DNA of 64,000 nucleotides from Pecten maximus (Eukaryota): assembly GCF_902652985.1 (NCBI RefSeq), contig NC_047018.1, forward strand, positions 25,916,001 to 25,980,000, in the 5' to 3' direction. Below are positions 25,446-38,400 of this stretch, one piece after another; positions within the stretch are counted from its first letter, which is position 1; the number at the start of each line of letters is the position of its first letter. Under the pieces are notes generated by a model. That model did not search any database and was not told the DNA's origin. It saw only the letters and a list, made by a program, of their open reading frames with translations. A program made the translations under genes and the position numbers.

Positions 25446-27117
25446 AAGGGAAGCTACTCTAGATATGAGGAGATAAAGGCGCGTTCGATTTAAAAGTATT
25501 TGGCGACATGAAGCGTAATATTGGAATCACATGGAAAAATCTTTTTCTTTATTACGAAAATATTCTCTCTCTCTGTCTCTTTGTCTCTCTTTTATTCTTT
25601 TAACTAATCATTGGAAAACGAGGAACGTGAACAATTGTGCACCTACCTAAAGCAGAGACATAGAAAGTTGGCATTGAAAAGCCTTCGTCATTATGCATTG
25701 TGAAATTAAAAGAAATAACATTCCGATACAAAATGAAAATGAATGAGTATTGGTACTATATAGAAATTTCACCGAAAGGACCATTATATGCAAAACTTGT
25801 TTACGTCTACTACATGTAATGATCAACTTTATTCCCTCAATATAGATATGGGTGTTTTGCCTGCGTATCAAATCAAATCTTATATATCTTATAAATTGAC
25901 AATAGAAGATTGTTGCTGTTATATCTCATTTTTATTATCCATTCATTAAGGGTTTCCCTGATCACGTTAAAATAAAGCTAAGATGACACGTATGCCATGG
26001 GTAGTAAGGTAAACGTATATAACTAATGCAAAAGGTTTCGACATGACTTTTTCCATCTTAACCGTATTCTCTGGCCTTCCAAAATCGTGTCTAGTCCTTA
26101 TGGTTTGCAAACATTGAATTTGCTCTGTTTATTTTTTATGTAAACTTAGTTCCTTATCTACACTTAATCCAGACATATATCCTCTGATACCGTTTCTATC
26201 TATATGGCTCCCAGTTTCAATGTTCCCACTAGTGATGTTTCACACTTCTGGTTGTGGGTGAAATGTTAATAGGCAGTCAGGCATGTCCTAAAAAGGAACA
26301 ATTTATTGGAGGATTTATAAATCAGTTGGCTAGGTGCAAGGGGGCGTTTTTGCCACAGCCTCGCAATAAGCGCAAATAATGTAAGTGAGTTGGCGCATCT
26401 ATTTCCAATAGGTGCAATAGACGCAAACTTTCGACGGATGCGGAAATAGTCTGAAATATAAGGAGAAGGATGAACCATTAAGAACCTTCTAACAAAATAC
26501 TGAACATACACTTAACCAGTACTTCTTGAAAAATAGCTATAGCACTTAAGCTGTCAAGATCGATGGTCGTCTGTCGGTTATTTGTTTTTTTTTCTGATGT
26601 ATCTAAATTGAGTTAGGAAAACTTCATTTGTTGGGACCAGGATTAACCTATACGACACATCAGAAATGAGATTTTCTGTCTTGTATTTTATGAGAAATAG
26701 CGATAACAAACTTTAACTGTCAAAATCCAAGATGGCCCCGTGTCAGCCATTTACTTCAGACTCGTAATGATACACGTTGATTTCTACGTGTGGATTTAGA
26801 GAATACCCAGGGTAGTGTGTCTAGTATTGTCTGAGAAACATCGATAACCCCGCAAAGCCAAGAACTTCGCTACTTTTATTTGTCCACTTAGTTTCAAATC
26901 TTAACACGCATAACTAGGGTGGCTAAGCGGAAGCTAAGCTATGAATATGATAAAGACCTCCTTGGTACTTCTTGAAAAAATGGTAATAATAACATAAAAG
27001 ATAGCCATACATTTTAGATCTTGTTCTTCTATTTAATCGCAAAATTAATCATGCACAACTAATATTAGAGCTTTGGATCTTCAAATGAAAGCTGGGAAAG
27101 TTTTGTTAAGTACATCT

Positions 27118-27191
27118 ACTCAATCTAATTAAAATTAGACTTGTAATGCCCACTCCTCTACGATACGAGTCTAATTTGAATTAGCTTGAGT
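27118..27191. repeat. Inverted repeat, 28-bp arms
   Basis: actcaatctaattaaaattagacttgta / tacgagtctaatttgaattagcttgagt (3 mismatches). Confidence 0.75.
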
Positions 27192-27909
27192 CCATATTAA
27201 CTTAAGATCTTCAAATGTCCATATATAATACGCCGCTAATTATCTTAACTTATCAGAGTTAAACTGGTAATTTTTCTTAGAGGTGACCAATCTCAAGATA
27301 TATTTCACATAAATATGAAATTTGATATTGATGTATCCTGAAAATTAACTTATCTATATTTGAGCTATTAGCATGTGTACACATTATTTGAAATGCTACG
27401 TTGTATCATACCCGTTTTATTTACTCGTTTTTTTATTTTACGCATATATTTCAACGTGGCGGAATATAGTTATTAATTTAAAGGGAGCTTTGAAATTAAT
27501 TGTATTTAGACTAAGCCCAGACAACTATGTAGGTATCTGCTGTGCTTTAATCTTATCTTGGTTTATTCCTATCTAAAACTTTCTGTATTCTTTATGTCAA
27601 CTCGATTTCTGTGTAGATATACAAATGTTACACTGCAGGAAAAGGGCTTCAAATTAGTTGTAAAAAGGCAATGAAATATGTTTAAAACAACCAATCTGAT
27701 CTTATAATCGGTATGATGTGTTTATTTGCTTTTGTACAGTATATTCTAGTCAGTTTGATAGTTGCTTATAAAAATAATGGTCATTGTGCAAGATTTATAG
27801 GTTATATTTTAAGAATGATTTTCGGTGACACAAAATAATATAATGGTTGCTGTTGTAAAACGTTCCGTTAGTTATATTCGGATTTCGTTTCCGTGCTCTG
27901 GTGTGGATT

Positions 27910-28342
27910 TTATAATGACGTATCGTACATGTGCGCACGCGTACTGGAGCATTCCATCTGCACTTCCTGTTCAAGTTTGATCTCGTCAACGATAGAAAAT
28001 ATTACTGATTATTTCATTAATGTGATGTGTTTTGGATTATTCGGTGTAATAAGAAGAGAAAATATATACTATTTGTGAGGATGTCCACCACAGATTGATA
28101 CCAGGTTTAACAGGAGTCTGACAAAAACTCTGTTATCTTGTTGCTATAAACGCTTTCCAGACATCACCAACATTATCAAGTTCAGGATGTTTTGGTATTC
28201 AACTGGCAGAAGCTATGGCCGTTTTATTTTCGGACCGCGAAAATAGAACGTTACATCAATTTGTTAACTTTTCGTTTTGTATCGCGTGCTGGGTTCACAT
28301 TATTTAGGGATATAAATTTAAATAACTTGGCGTCACAAACAG
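27910..28342 (+). promoter_or_regulatory. Putative promoter and non-coding first exon of CSPP1-like gene
   Basis: TGACGTA (27916), NRF1-like TGCGCACGCG (about 27932), ETS-like CACTTCCTGT (27961), CpG-rich patch, donor CAG|GTAAAT at 28343. Confidence 0.45.
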
Positions 28343-29364
28343 GTAAATATTGAAAGCGGGTGATGTACACTAATGATTCAGCACAGTACTAAAATGTATT
28401 GACTATTATCTGATCCTATAATTAATATCAATGCAAGAATATATATGCACCGTGTATTTGTGAAATAGTTTAGTATGAGCGTGTCTCATAGAAAGCTACA
28501 TGTTTATCATATACAGTATGTAGAATTATGTAGAAAAATGCATTAAACTATTAAAGCTGATCAGGGAACTTGTGTAAATTAAAACCACGATTGATACCAT
28601 ATCTACATAGTAATAGTGATTAGATTAGTGTTTGCTTAAAACCTTTTAATATGTACTTTTTTTATAGAGTAAGAGACTGTGAGTTTGTTTATAATTAAGT
28701 AAAACATTACTATATGCACTAATCTCCGATTCTGAATTTACCTGATTATCCATTTAACATTTATGTTGTTTATAAATACTTACTGAAAGCAGCATATAAT
28801 TTATCAAAAGAATTTGGTTGATATAGAAGTAAAAATGAGCAGCAGTACATACATTTTAAAATTGGAATTGGCAGTTTTTTTTCTCACTATTTCTTCATAA
28901 TATTATGTGTGACCTGTCTGTCTCGTGTTCATATATTATCACCATTTTAATTGTGCGCTTTGAAGTGTCAATAAATGTGTACAATCATTGAAATGTTTTA
29001 ACTGGGAAATTAGAATGTCCCCATATAATATATAGTCTATGGAAGAATTTAACTGGGAAATCAGAATGTCCCTATAGTCCATGGAAGGAAGTATATATAG
29101 ATATACGTACATGTACAATGACAAGACTAAAACATGAAAAAGAGTCATATACAATGTATATATATAACCACCCAAGACCAAAGGCCACTTATTTACGGTG
29201 ACTTCGGATCATTCTACTGAGAAGGGCCAATAGCTTTTATAATTAGATTCTACAGACATTTTTGGCCAGCTGATGTTATTTTTTATTTCAATCCTTACAT
29301 AATTTACATAGATTATTGCTTATAATTTTGTTTTCATTTAATTTCTATCAGACAAAATTCCAAT

Positions 29365-29460
29365 ATGGCTGCAGCTGTTCAACAACGCCAAGGTGATGAC
29401 ATTGACAGGTTCATCAAAGATCAGCGACAAAAGCTCCAGCAGGAGAGACATACAGTCAAT
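29365..29460 (+). CDS. CSPP1: CSPP1-like first coding exon MAAAVQQRQGDDIDRFIKDQRQKLQQERHTVN
   Basis: Acceptor at 29350-51, aatATGG start, donor gtaagt. Confidence 0.88.
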
Positions 29461-32400
29461 GTAAGTATTATAACACAGTCTGTGCTTACATAGTTATAAT
29501 AATATCATGTGTAGTGTAAACTTTATCTTAGAAATGTGTAAATAAAGTTTGGTTTAAGACACCTGTATCATCTGTTGAATGAGAGAAAATAATAGATGTG
29601 TTTCACTTTTCAAATTTTTAATTTTGTGTTTGCACCATGCATGTTGATGTAAAATATGTACGTATAATTATCTCGGAGATGATTTTCAGGAGTAGGAAAA
29701 TGGTTTAATAATTCAGATAGATTTAAAAATCAAATTATGTTTTGTCATATTAACAGTGATAAGTCTAGCAATACTTGATCAATAGCAGGTAAATTTAAAG
29801 TTCTAAGTAAATGTGTTGTCAGTCAAAAGTTTGATATTGTTTCTGATTATTTTCTTTGTGTGTTCTGTATATTTTTTATCAAAAACAAGTCTGATTTGTA
29901 GCTATAGCTGTTTGATATGTTTGATCCCATCCCTACCAGTCCATCCACATTAAGACTTTTTTTCTAGCTCCTGATAGTAAATAGTTATTGTATTCCTACA
30001 TGTATACCTAACATTATTCTCGAATATATATAAAAAATCTTGGAATTAACAGAGATGTCCAGATGTTTCTGTATTCTTTTTAAACAAATAGGAATTTTTA
30101 GGTAAATCAAGATGTAAGGGGCAAATTTGATAATTCAACCAGAAAATAGCTTGTACATATTCTAGCTACATTTTCTTGGTAAATATTATTTCTTTTGAAC
30201 CACAGTAAGTATACATGTATCATGCATTTGAAACAAGCATTAGCTGTAGTAGATCTCCTGCTGATGCTACTGTGAAGTGTTTCATTGATCATGATCTACC
30301 TTGTACCTAAGCTTGACTTCAAATTCATTAAACATGGACATTTTTATTTTTCTTGCTCATGCTGTGTTGACATATTTTGTACTAGTTCTAGCTGTGTAAT
30401 ATTATTAATCCAAACTTAAACTTAACTACTGTTAAAATTAATCTTGAATCAACCAATATTATATAGTACAATTTATATGTTTTACTTGAAATCTATGTAC
30501 TCATATATATAGTGAGAAATTAAAAAAAAAAAATTGTATACATGTATGCATACCTGACTATATTTTGTATCATCTTGTCTTTCCTGGAATCATTCATTGG
30601 ATATTTGATTCAATGAAGTAAACTGGTACAACCCACTTTATAATTATAGTTACTAATGTTTATGATTATAGATACTAATGTTAGGTATTTAGAAGGCATA
30701 CTCAGCTGCTTTTACCAGATTCTTCAGACTGTGATCGATTCAGACATGTACAGCTTATACTGAGTTTGATTCTTCACTATAGACAATTTGTAGAGATGTA
30801 ACAGATTATACATTGCTTGTTAGGATGAATACGGTGAAACAGAAAGAGGTAGGAGGCGACAGTGGGACAGATCGGGCAATAATCAGTATGCTGAACAGGT
30901 ACTACTGTCACACTGTGTAATATCCAACACTACTGCACTCGTTCATTTCTCTTAATAATATTTAGTTCAGTTTCAACAAATACTTCTCATATTTATTCTG
31001 AGTCATTAACAGTTACAGTTTTCTGACTATCTTTATAAACAATCCTGAATTATTATCTTCCCTGCTTTATGTTCCTCAAACTCTATATATTAAATCTCTA
31101 GCCACAATAAACAATTTACAATGTAAAACAACATAACATCATCATGAATTGATCAACCGTATAAAATATTTATCAAATGTTTGAGTTTTTAAAATTTTAT
31201 TTTAAACTTTAAGTGATTTTTAAAAATGTGTATTTGTTAAATGTATCAGATAGACAATAAAGAAGATGAGAATGAAAATGCGTTTTCAAAACGTTATCCT
31301 ACACCAGAGTTGAGCTTAAGGTTAGGACAGTATGAGAAAGTACGATTGCGACTAAACGCTGAACGCCAAAGAGAATATAATGAACTACTCCAGGTATCTT
31401 GTTATGTTAGGGGCTGTTTACAATTACTGTTTGTTTTGTTGAGATAGCCAAATGATTTTTGCATGGAGGTTCCTACATTTGTATTAAAATTCTCAAGCAA
31501 TGTTTGCTTTGAATCCTTCTCTTTCCAGATGTTTTCCAAGTGTTGTGCTGCATGTCTTTGTGATTGTTGTATTAGTTTCAGATCCATCATTATTACACAT
31601 TTTAAAAAAATATTTGTAGTGTGGCTGTTACACTGTTTCAACTGGCTTTATACATTTATTGCTTATCCAGCTAGCACTGGTCACAGTCACTTACACAACA
31701 CTGTTACTAAAACAATGCTATAAATGATCAAACTTTCAGATATATTTGACAAAAACTTACTTTTTTCTTCAGAAAAAGGGAACAAATGTTGGAAAAAAGG
31801 TACAGCATTATAATATGCATGTCCAAGTTTTGTCTATGAATGGATCTGTCATGTGTGTCTCTAATACAGGGTTCCTGGTTTATATAGGCTGTCATTGGTG
31901 GTTGTGTGTGGTCATTATTGAGTTGGCATGGGGCCGGGTATCAACATCAGTATGATGGGAATCATTTTAGTCGTAAGTTTGGGGGTATAACTTCATTTAT
32001 ATTGTTAAAATTAAATAAATGATTCCTTGGAATGTGTGTTAATACAGGGCATCCAGTTGACTCTCAAATTTTGGCAATTTCAGAAGTCAAATCACTATTC
32101 TCAGAAATGTGAAGGGTCAAAACATATGAAAAATAGACATGCCCCCTCAATCAGATCTAATTTTGGGGAGTCAAAAATATACTCTTAAGGGTCTACTTGA
32201 TGCCCTGTAATATGCATGTTGTAACATCATCATGGTGGTTTGTACCTAACACTGCATGGGTCAGTGTGTTTGGACATTTATACCTGTATAGCTTATAAAC
32301 CAGTTGTCTGTGCATCCTGTCAGATGTTTTACTGCTCGCTAGCTTACCAGGTATGATGTTGGCTGGTGTCTGGATTCATTATATAGTTGTGTGTCATTTC

Positions 32401-35400
32401 AGTTGTCAACATACTTGATTAATTATACTGCATTGTCAGTAAAAATACTTCCTATCATTACCAAGCTTGTATTATTGATTACAGTATATGCCATTTTGTC
32501 CCACCATGGGTTCCTACATTAATTATTGAATGCTTGTTATTGACAACATTATGTTAGTAGTCCAGTATAACATTGTTGTTAGTTATGTATACGTATATAT
32601 GGACATTAAGTATGGTAACCAACAATAAAATATGTCTTTTAAATTTATATTTTAAGCAACAACACAGATAGATACCGTACAATGTGTCAAGATTAGCATA
32701 TATACTTGTATTATAACAGTCTCTTTTGTTAAATTTTTTTTTTTTTTTTTTTAAATGAGTCGGAAATATCACTTTAAAAAATATATCAATATTAATCATT
32801 TTCTTGACAAGTCCCATAGGAATAAGTATATGTCTACAATATGTAATTTAATTTAATTTAAAATGTATATATGTAGATCTTATTCTGTAAAGCAATAACA
32901 CCTTCATTATCTCGGTGAGTTAAGGGGAGACAACTGAACCTGGCCATGGTGTACTTACAGTGTTACTCTTTATCAATGACATGTACATGCTAACACGATA
33001 ATTTGATTTTTTTTACCAGACACTGATCATTCATGTTCACTCATTTATTTGAGATATAGAAGATTTTTTATGGAAACAATGTATGTTTAAAATATGCATT
33101 TGCTCGGAAGCTCCTGCAGCATCCTATACCTGACTAGCATATCACATATGAATTTAATTGTATTGCAGTTGTCACGACTGTGCACACATCATACTCACTA
33201 TTAACCCTGTAGTTGATATATATATATAAATGTATTATTTGATATATACTATTTGCCAGTATTGTTCTGAGTCTATACTCTGATATTACTGTATTTTATA
33301 TTGCTGTGTTAAACTTCTGCCTCTAAATAACATATTCTTTTTCAGATACAAATTTTATTGTACATTTACAATATCACTTTTGTGTCCTTCAGTACTCCTG
33401 GTATATAATCATCTATACAATGTATAGAATAAAAAGATATTTGAACATTCATGAGTCCAAATTCATGTTCTTTAATTCAAACCCATTCCTGGTGTGATAA
33501 TATGGGATTTTGGTTGACTATGACATGAAGTAGATAAAGATGTGACTATTGATATTTTATATTGATGATAATTGTTTTCCAGTTAATATGTTATAATAGG
33601 ATTAAATGTTATATGTATAGAACTTTATTTTTATGATAACAATACAAATAAGATATACTTCAGACAAAGGTCACAGCTGAGTTGTATATTGAAGACAGTA
33701 AAATATCTATAAAGGACAGATACTCTAGTGTAACAGCCTGATCTCATTATCATCCTCTCTTATGTATATTAATTCATTTGATTCTGACCAAAAATTGCTT
33801 GGAGATTATATGTCTAACTGACATGCATTAATGGCCTCCCGAGCCCAGCTCTGTCTTATTTTCGCAAAGTGGTCTTTAGACTTTTGTAATGAAGTTTAAA
33901 ATTTAAGATTCAGCATACAAATATGTACATGGATTTATGATTTCTCTGAGACTGGTGTCCTCAGAGTATGGTGACATACCAGGGTGTATTTTCCAATTTC
34001 AGTATGATGGAAATATCTCTTTATGTGAAATTTCCTTTAACTTATAGATCTGTCCTTTATAGACAATTTCACTGGTTGCCAGGTCTGTGTTGAAGTGTAT
34101 TTGAGTGTGTTTACATTTAATTATTAGACATTATAGTCTGTGTTGCTTTGCTAGAACTTACAACAGTCTCCCCGTGATTTGTACGACTATGATGTTGTTA
34201 AGAGGGAAATGATGGAGACCAAGCGACAGGAATATCTGGACTACCTACAAAAGGTACACGACAATACCCATTGTTAATGGAAAAGATGACACTTCAATAT
34301 TATAATTTCCTTTCTTATCTACTGATGTGGTCATGGAACATTCTACTGGGAATATATCTGCATTATTCTGTAACACTAGTTAGAGAAAGAAAGGAGACAG
34401 AAAAAAACACCTTATTAATAAGTACAACTTTGAACTTACAGTGAAGAACAGGGGAAACTATTTGTTTGTCTAGACAGTTTAATTTTGTAAAATTTTGGAA
34501 TAAAAATTATGCCTGTTAGGTCATCTGGGTTTCAGAACAAATATGGTATAATTGGGAGACGATGTGTTCAATATATTGGGTTACTCTGTGCAGTATAACG
34601 GGGTGCCCTGTCCAGTATAATGGGGTGCCCTGTCCAATATAATGGGGTACGTACACCCTGTCCAATATAATGGGGTACCCTGTCCAATATAACGGGGTAC
34701 TCTTGCCAGTATAATGGGGTACCCTGTCCGATAGAATGGGGTACCCTGTCCAATATAATGGGGTACCATGTCCAATATAATGGGGTACCCTGTCCAATAT
34801 AATGGGGTACCCTGTCCAATATAATGGGGTACGTATACCCTGTCCAATATAATGGGGTACCCTGTCCAATATAACGGGGTACTCTTTCCAGTATAATGGG
34901 GTACCATGGTCAATATAATGGGGTTGCCAGGTACTGACCGTAGGCTGGTGGTTTTTCTCCGGGTACTCCAGCTTTCCTCCACCTCCAAAACCTGACACGT
35001 CCTTAAATGACCCTGGCTGTTAACAGGACGTTAAACAAAACAAACCAAACCAAATATAATGGGGTACCCTGTTCAGTGTAATGGGGTACCCTCTTCAATA
35101 TTATACAAATATATCATGGGTATCTGTGCAATTATAAGTCCAGAATATTTGACACGAGGTACTGGTAATCAGCCGATGTTCTATATATTGCACAAGGCCA
35201 ATACATTGAGGTCGCCATGTCTAATATAATGGGGTACCCTACTACTGACAGTATTTCGTAGCTATAGCAATCGATTGATGAGGATTTTTGCTAGTGTTGA
35301 TGTTTGTGTTATATAACCACTAACCTAACCGTACATGTAGTACTGTGGTTGGCCAGTGTTGTGGTCTCTACACGTCTGTATCCAGTCCTATCCAGTATTG

Positions 35401-38400
35401 TAAGCTTTATACCATTGGTGGATCAAGAGATCAGGCCGACTAATTTCCAGGTGTCCCAAGGATGGTTCTGTTTCTTGAAGCCCAAAAAGCCTCCAGATCC
35501 TCCACTGTATATATGACATTTTGGATGATTTACATCTTTGATATGGATGTTCTTTTCAGATCATTTAGGGACAAGATAAAGTCAAGATTCATAAAAAAAC
35601 CCACAGTTATTTTCAAGCAATCTGTAAAGTTCAAATTGCTTATGATTTTAGTCATCATCGCTTTCCGATGTGTAAAGTGCATCGATCCATAATCATTGTA
35701 AAATAGCGTGTTAAAACAGCAATACCCAAAAATGGCTAATATTACCAGGTACTTCTTGAGCTACTAATTTGTACTATTTACAACCGTATCTTTCATTGTA
35801 AGTGCATCTCAAATCATTATGCTCTGTTAGAAATCCAGTATTTCACTTGTGAGTCAATTAAACAAGTATATGTAAAACAGACCATCAGATGGATCATATT
35901 GTTAGAGATATGGTATTGTGGTACATAGTTAGACAGAGCATCTAACCATTATAGAGAGTGATTGTTTTGTTTGGCTTTGTGTTGTATACTGTGTCCTATT
36001 GTCATTTAAGAATGGACTTGTGTTTTGCCAGTTGACATAGACAAAGATCACAATTATAAGGTGGTGATTTTGTTTTACTAGTTGACATAGAATTGTACAA
36101 AACTTACCATTATAGGAAGTGATTGTACTTTGCCAGTTGATATAGATAAGAAACAGCTAACCATTATTTGGTGATAGTGTTTGCCAGTGTGTGCTTCAAT
36201 CACTAACACTAGTCACACTCAGCTGTTGACAGTTGTCTGCCATTCAGCGGTCAGACCAATCTATTTGGACCACTAGTCAGTCCTCTCTAATTTTCTGCTC
36301 CCTTGCCACTAAAGGGCCAGCCTGGTGCACCCAGTAGTAGATTAACCTGGGACCAGACAGGACAGACCCAGCTACCAGCTCAGCAGCGCAACAAGGGCAA
36401 GAAACACACTGTCAACTTTGGAGAGTGGGAAAAGGGGTTTCAGGATGATAAACGCAAAGATTACAATAATTACCTCAAAACCAAACAGGTAAAGCTTGTG
36501 GTGACATTTAAACTTTCTTAATTTATTACAAAGAAAACAAGATCCAGTGTCCAGTATAGGTAGTTTTGTACATACTGTTGACTCCCTAGGATGGATTCTA
36601 ATTATAAATAGAATACACAAGTCTGGTTCATAAAATGTATAAACAAAACATACAGATGACCAGACAACATCCGTAGGGAGATCTTAAACAGGTTTCACGG
36701 TTTACATTTTCCAGCATACTAGGTATGCTGTCCTAGATATGCTGTCCACATAACCCTTTATGTATGTACATTTCTGTACCTATAGTCATCACATACTACT
36801 ATTTGGATGAGGTGGCGGGTGTCAGACATTTGAAAAACAAAGGAAATAAAACCAGCTATAATAGAGACTGTCTTAATTGCTACTGAAATTCCAGGAATAT
36901 ATATGCCAAGCAAATGTCTGACAAAGCTCCTGACAAAAGTTTTTGTCTTAATTCCTACTGATATTCCACATGGGAATATATGTGCCAAGCAAATGTCTGA
37001 CAAAGCTCCTGACAAAAGTTTTTGTCTTAATTCCTACTGATATTCCACATGGGAATATATGTGCCAAGCAAATGTCTGACAAAGCTCCTGACAAAAGTTT
37101 TTGTCTTAATTCCTACTGATATTCCACATGTAGGAATATATATGCCAAGCAAATATCTGACAAAGCTCCTCAGACAAAAGTTTTTGTCTTAATTCCTACT
37201 GATATTCCACATGGGAATATATGTGCCAAGCAAATGTCTGACAAAGCTCCTGACAAAAGTTTTTGTCTTAATTCCTACTGATATTCCACATGTAGAAATA
37301 TATGTGCCAAGCAAATTTCTGACAAAGCTCCTGACAAAAGATTTTAATTTTGATTTAAGATGTCCATATTTGGTTCATTATTAAACTATTACAGTGCTTC
37401 CTCATAGTCACCACTGGTTTGTACGAACTGTTTAGACAGGAAACTCATGCACCATCCTAAAATTTCAATTATACTGAACAGTCTTTATTTTTCATTTAGT
37501 ATTGAGTTTTACAAACAATCTGAATAATCATACATTGACTCATGAATTCAGTCACCTTAGGATCAATTTTGTCATTTGGGGAAAAATGTATGAAGGTGAA
37601 AATCAGTATCTATATTATAAGAACGGATATAAATTAATAGGTAAGGGAAATGAAAAAAAAATCCTGCCATTTATTTTGAACTGAATGAATTCGAAGATTT
37701 TCGATAGCAATTGAACTTCAAACAATTTGAATATTTGCATTAAGAAAATTGAATGACTATTCTGTGGTTCTGTAGAGTATATAAGTGTTATAAATCAGAT
37801 GATGGACAGACTTACACCTATGGTCATTCACAGCCCATGTCATGTACTGGTTAATGTGTCATGGTTCCTATGGTAGAGGATAGAGGTGGGAAGTGTGGGT
37901 TACAGGGCTACACAATACTCCTTATATTATTTGCTGTTTCTATATCATAAAAGCTTGGGTGAAAAACATTATCTGTTTGAGTACATGGGTAGGTATCAAA
38001 CATTCTTTGAATGTTATCCTTGTTTTAGGTTTCTGGGAGGGGAATGGATTCCTTGAGTGTTATCCTGGTTTGAGGTTTCAGGGTGTGTATGGATTCCTTG
38101 AGTGTTATCCTGGTTTGAGGTTTCTAGGTGGGTATGGATTCCTTGAGTGTTATCCTGGTTTGAGGTTTTAGGGTGTGTATGGATTCCTTGAGTGTTATCC
38201 TTGTTTAAGGTTTCTGGGTGGGTATGGATTCCTTGAGTGTTATCCTTGTTTGAGGTTTCTGGGTGGGTATGGATTCCTTAAGTGTTATCCTGGTTTGAGG
38301 TTTCTAGGTGGGTATGGATTCCTTGAGTGTTATCCTGGTTTGAGGTTTCTGGGTGGGTATGGATTCCTTGAGTGTTATCCTGGTTTGAGGTTTCTGGGTG

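Noticed and set aside
33664-33740. Possible extra CSPP1 exon after cttcag (TKVTAELYIEDSK...)
   Set aside because: No convincing donor before the stop and no module similarity.
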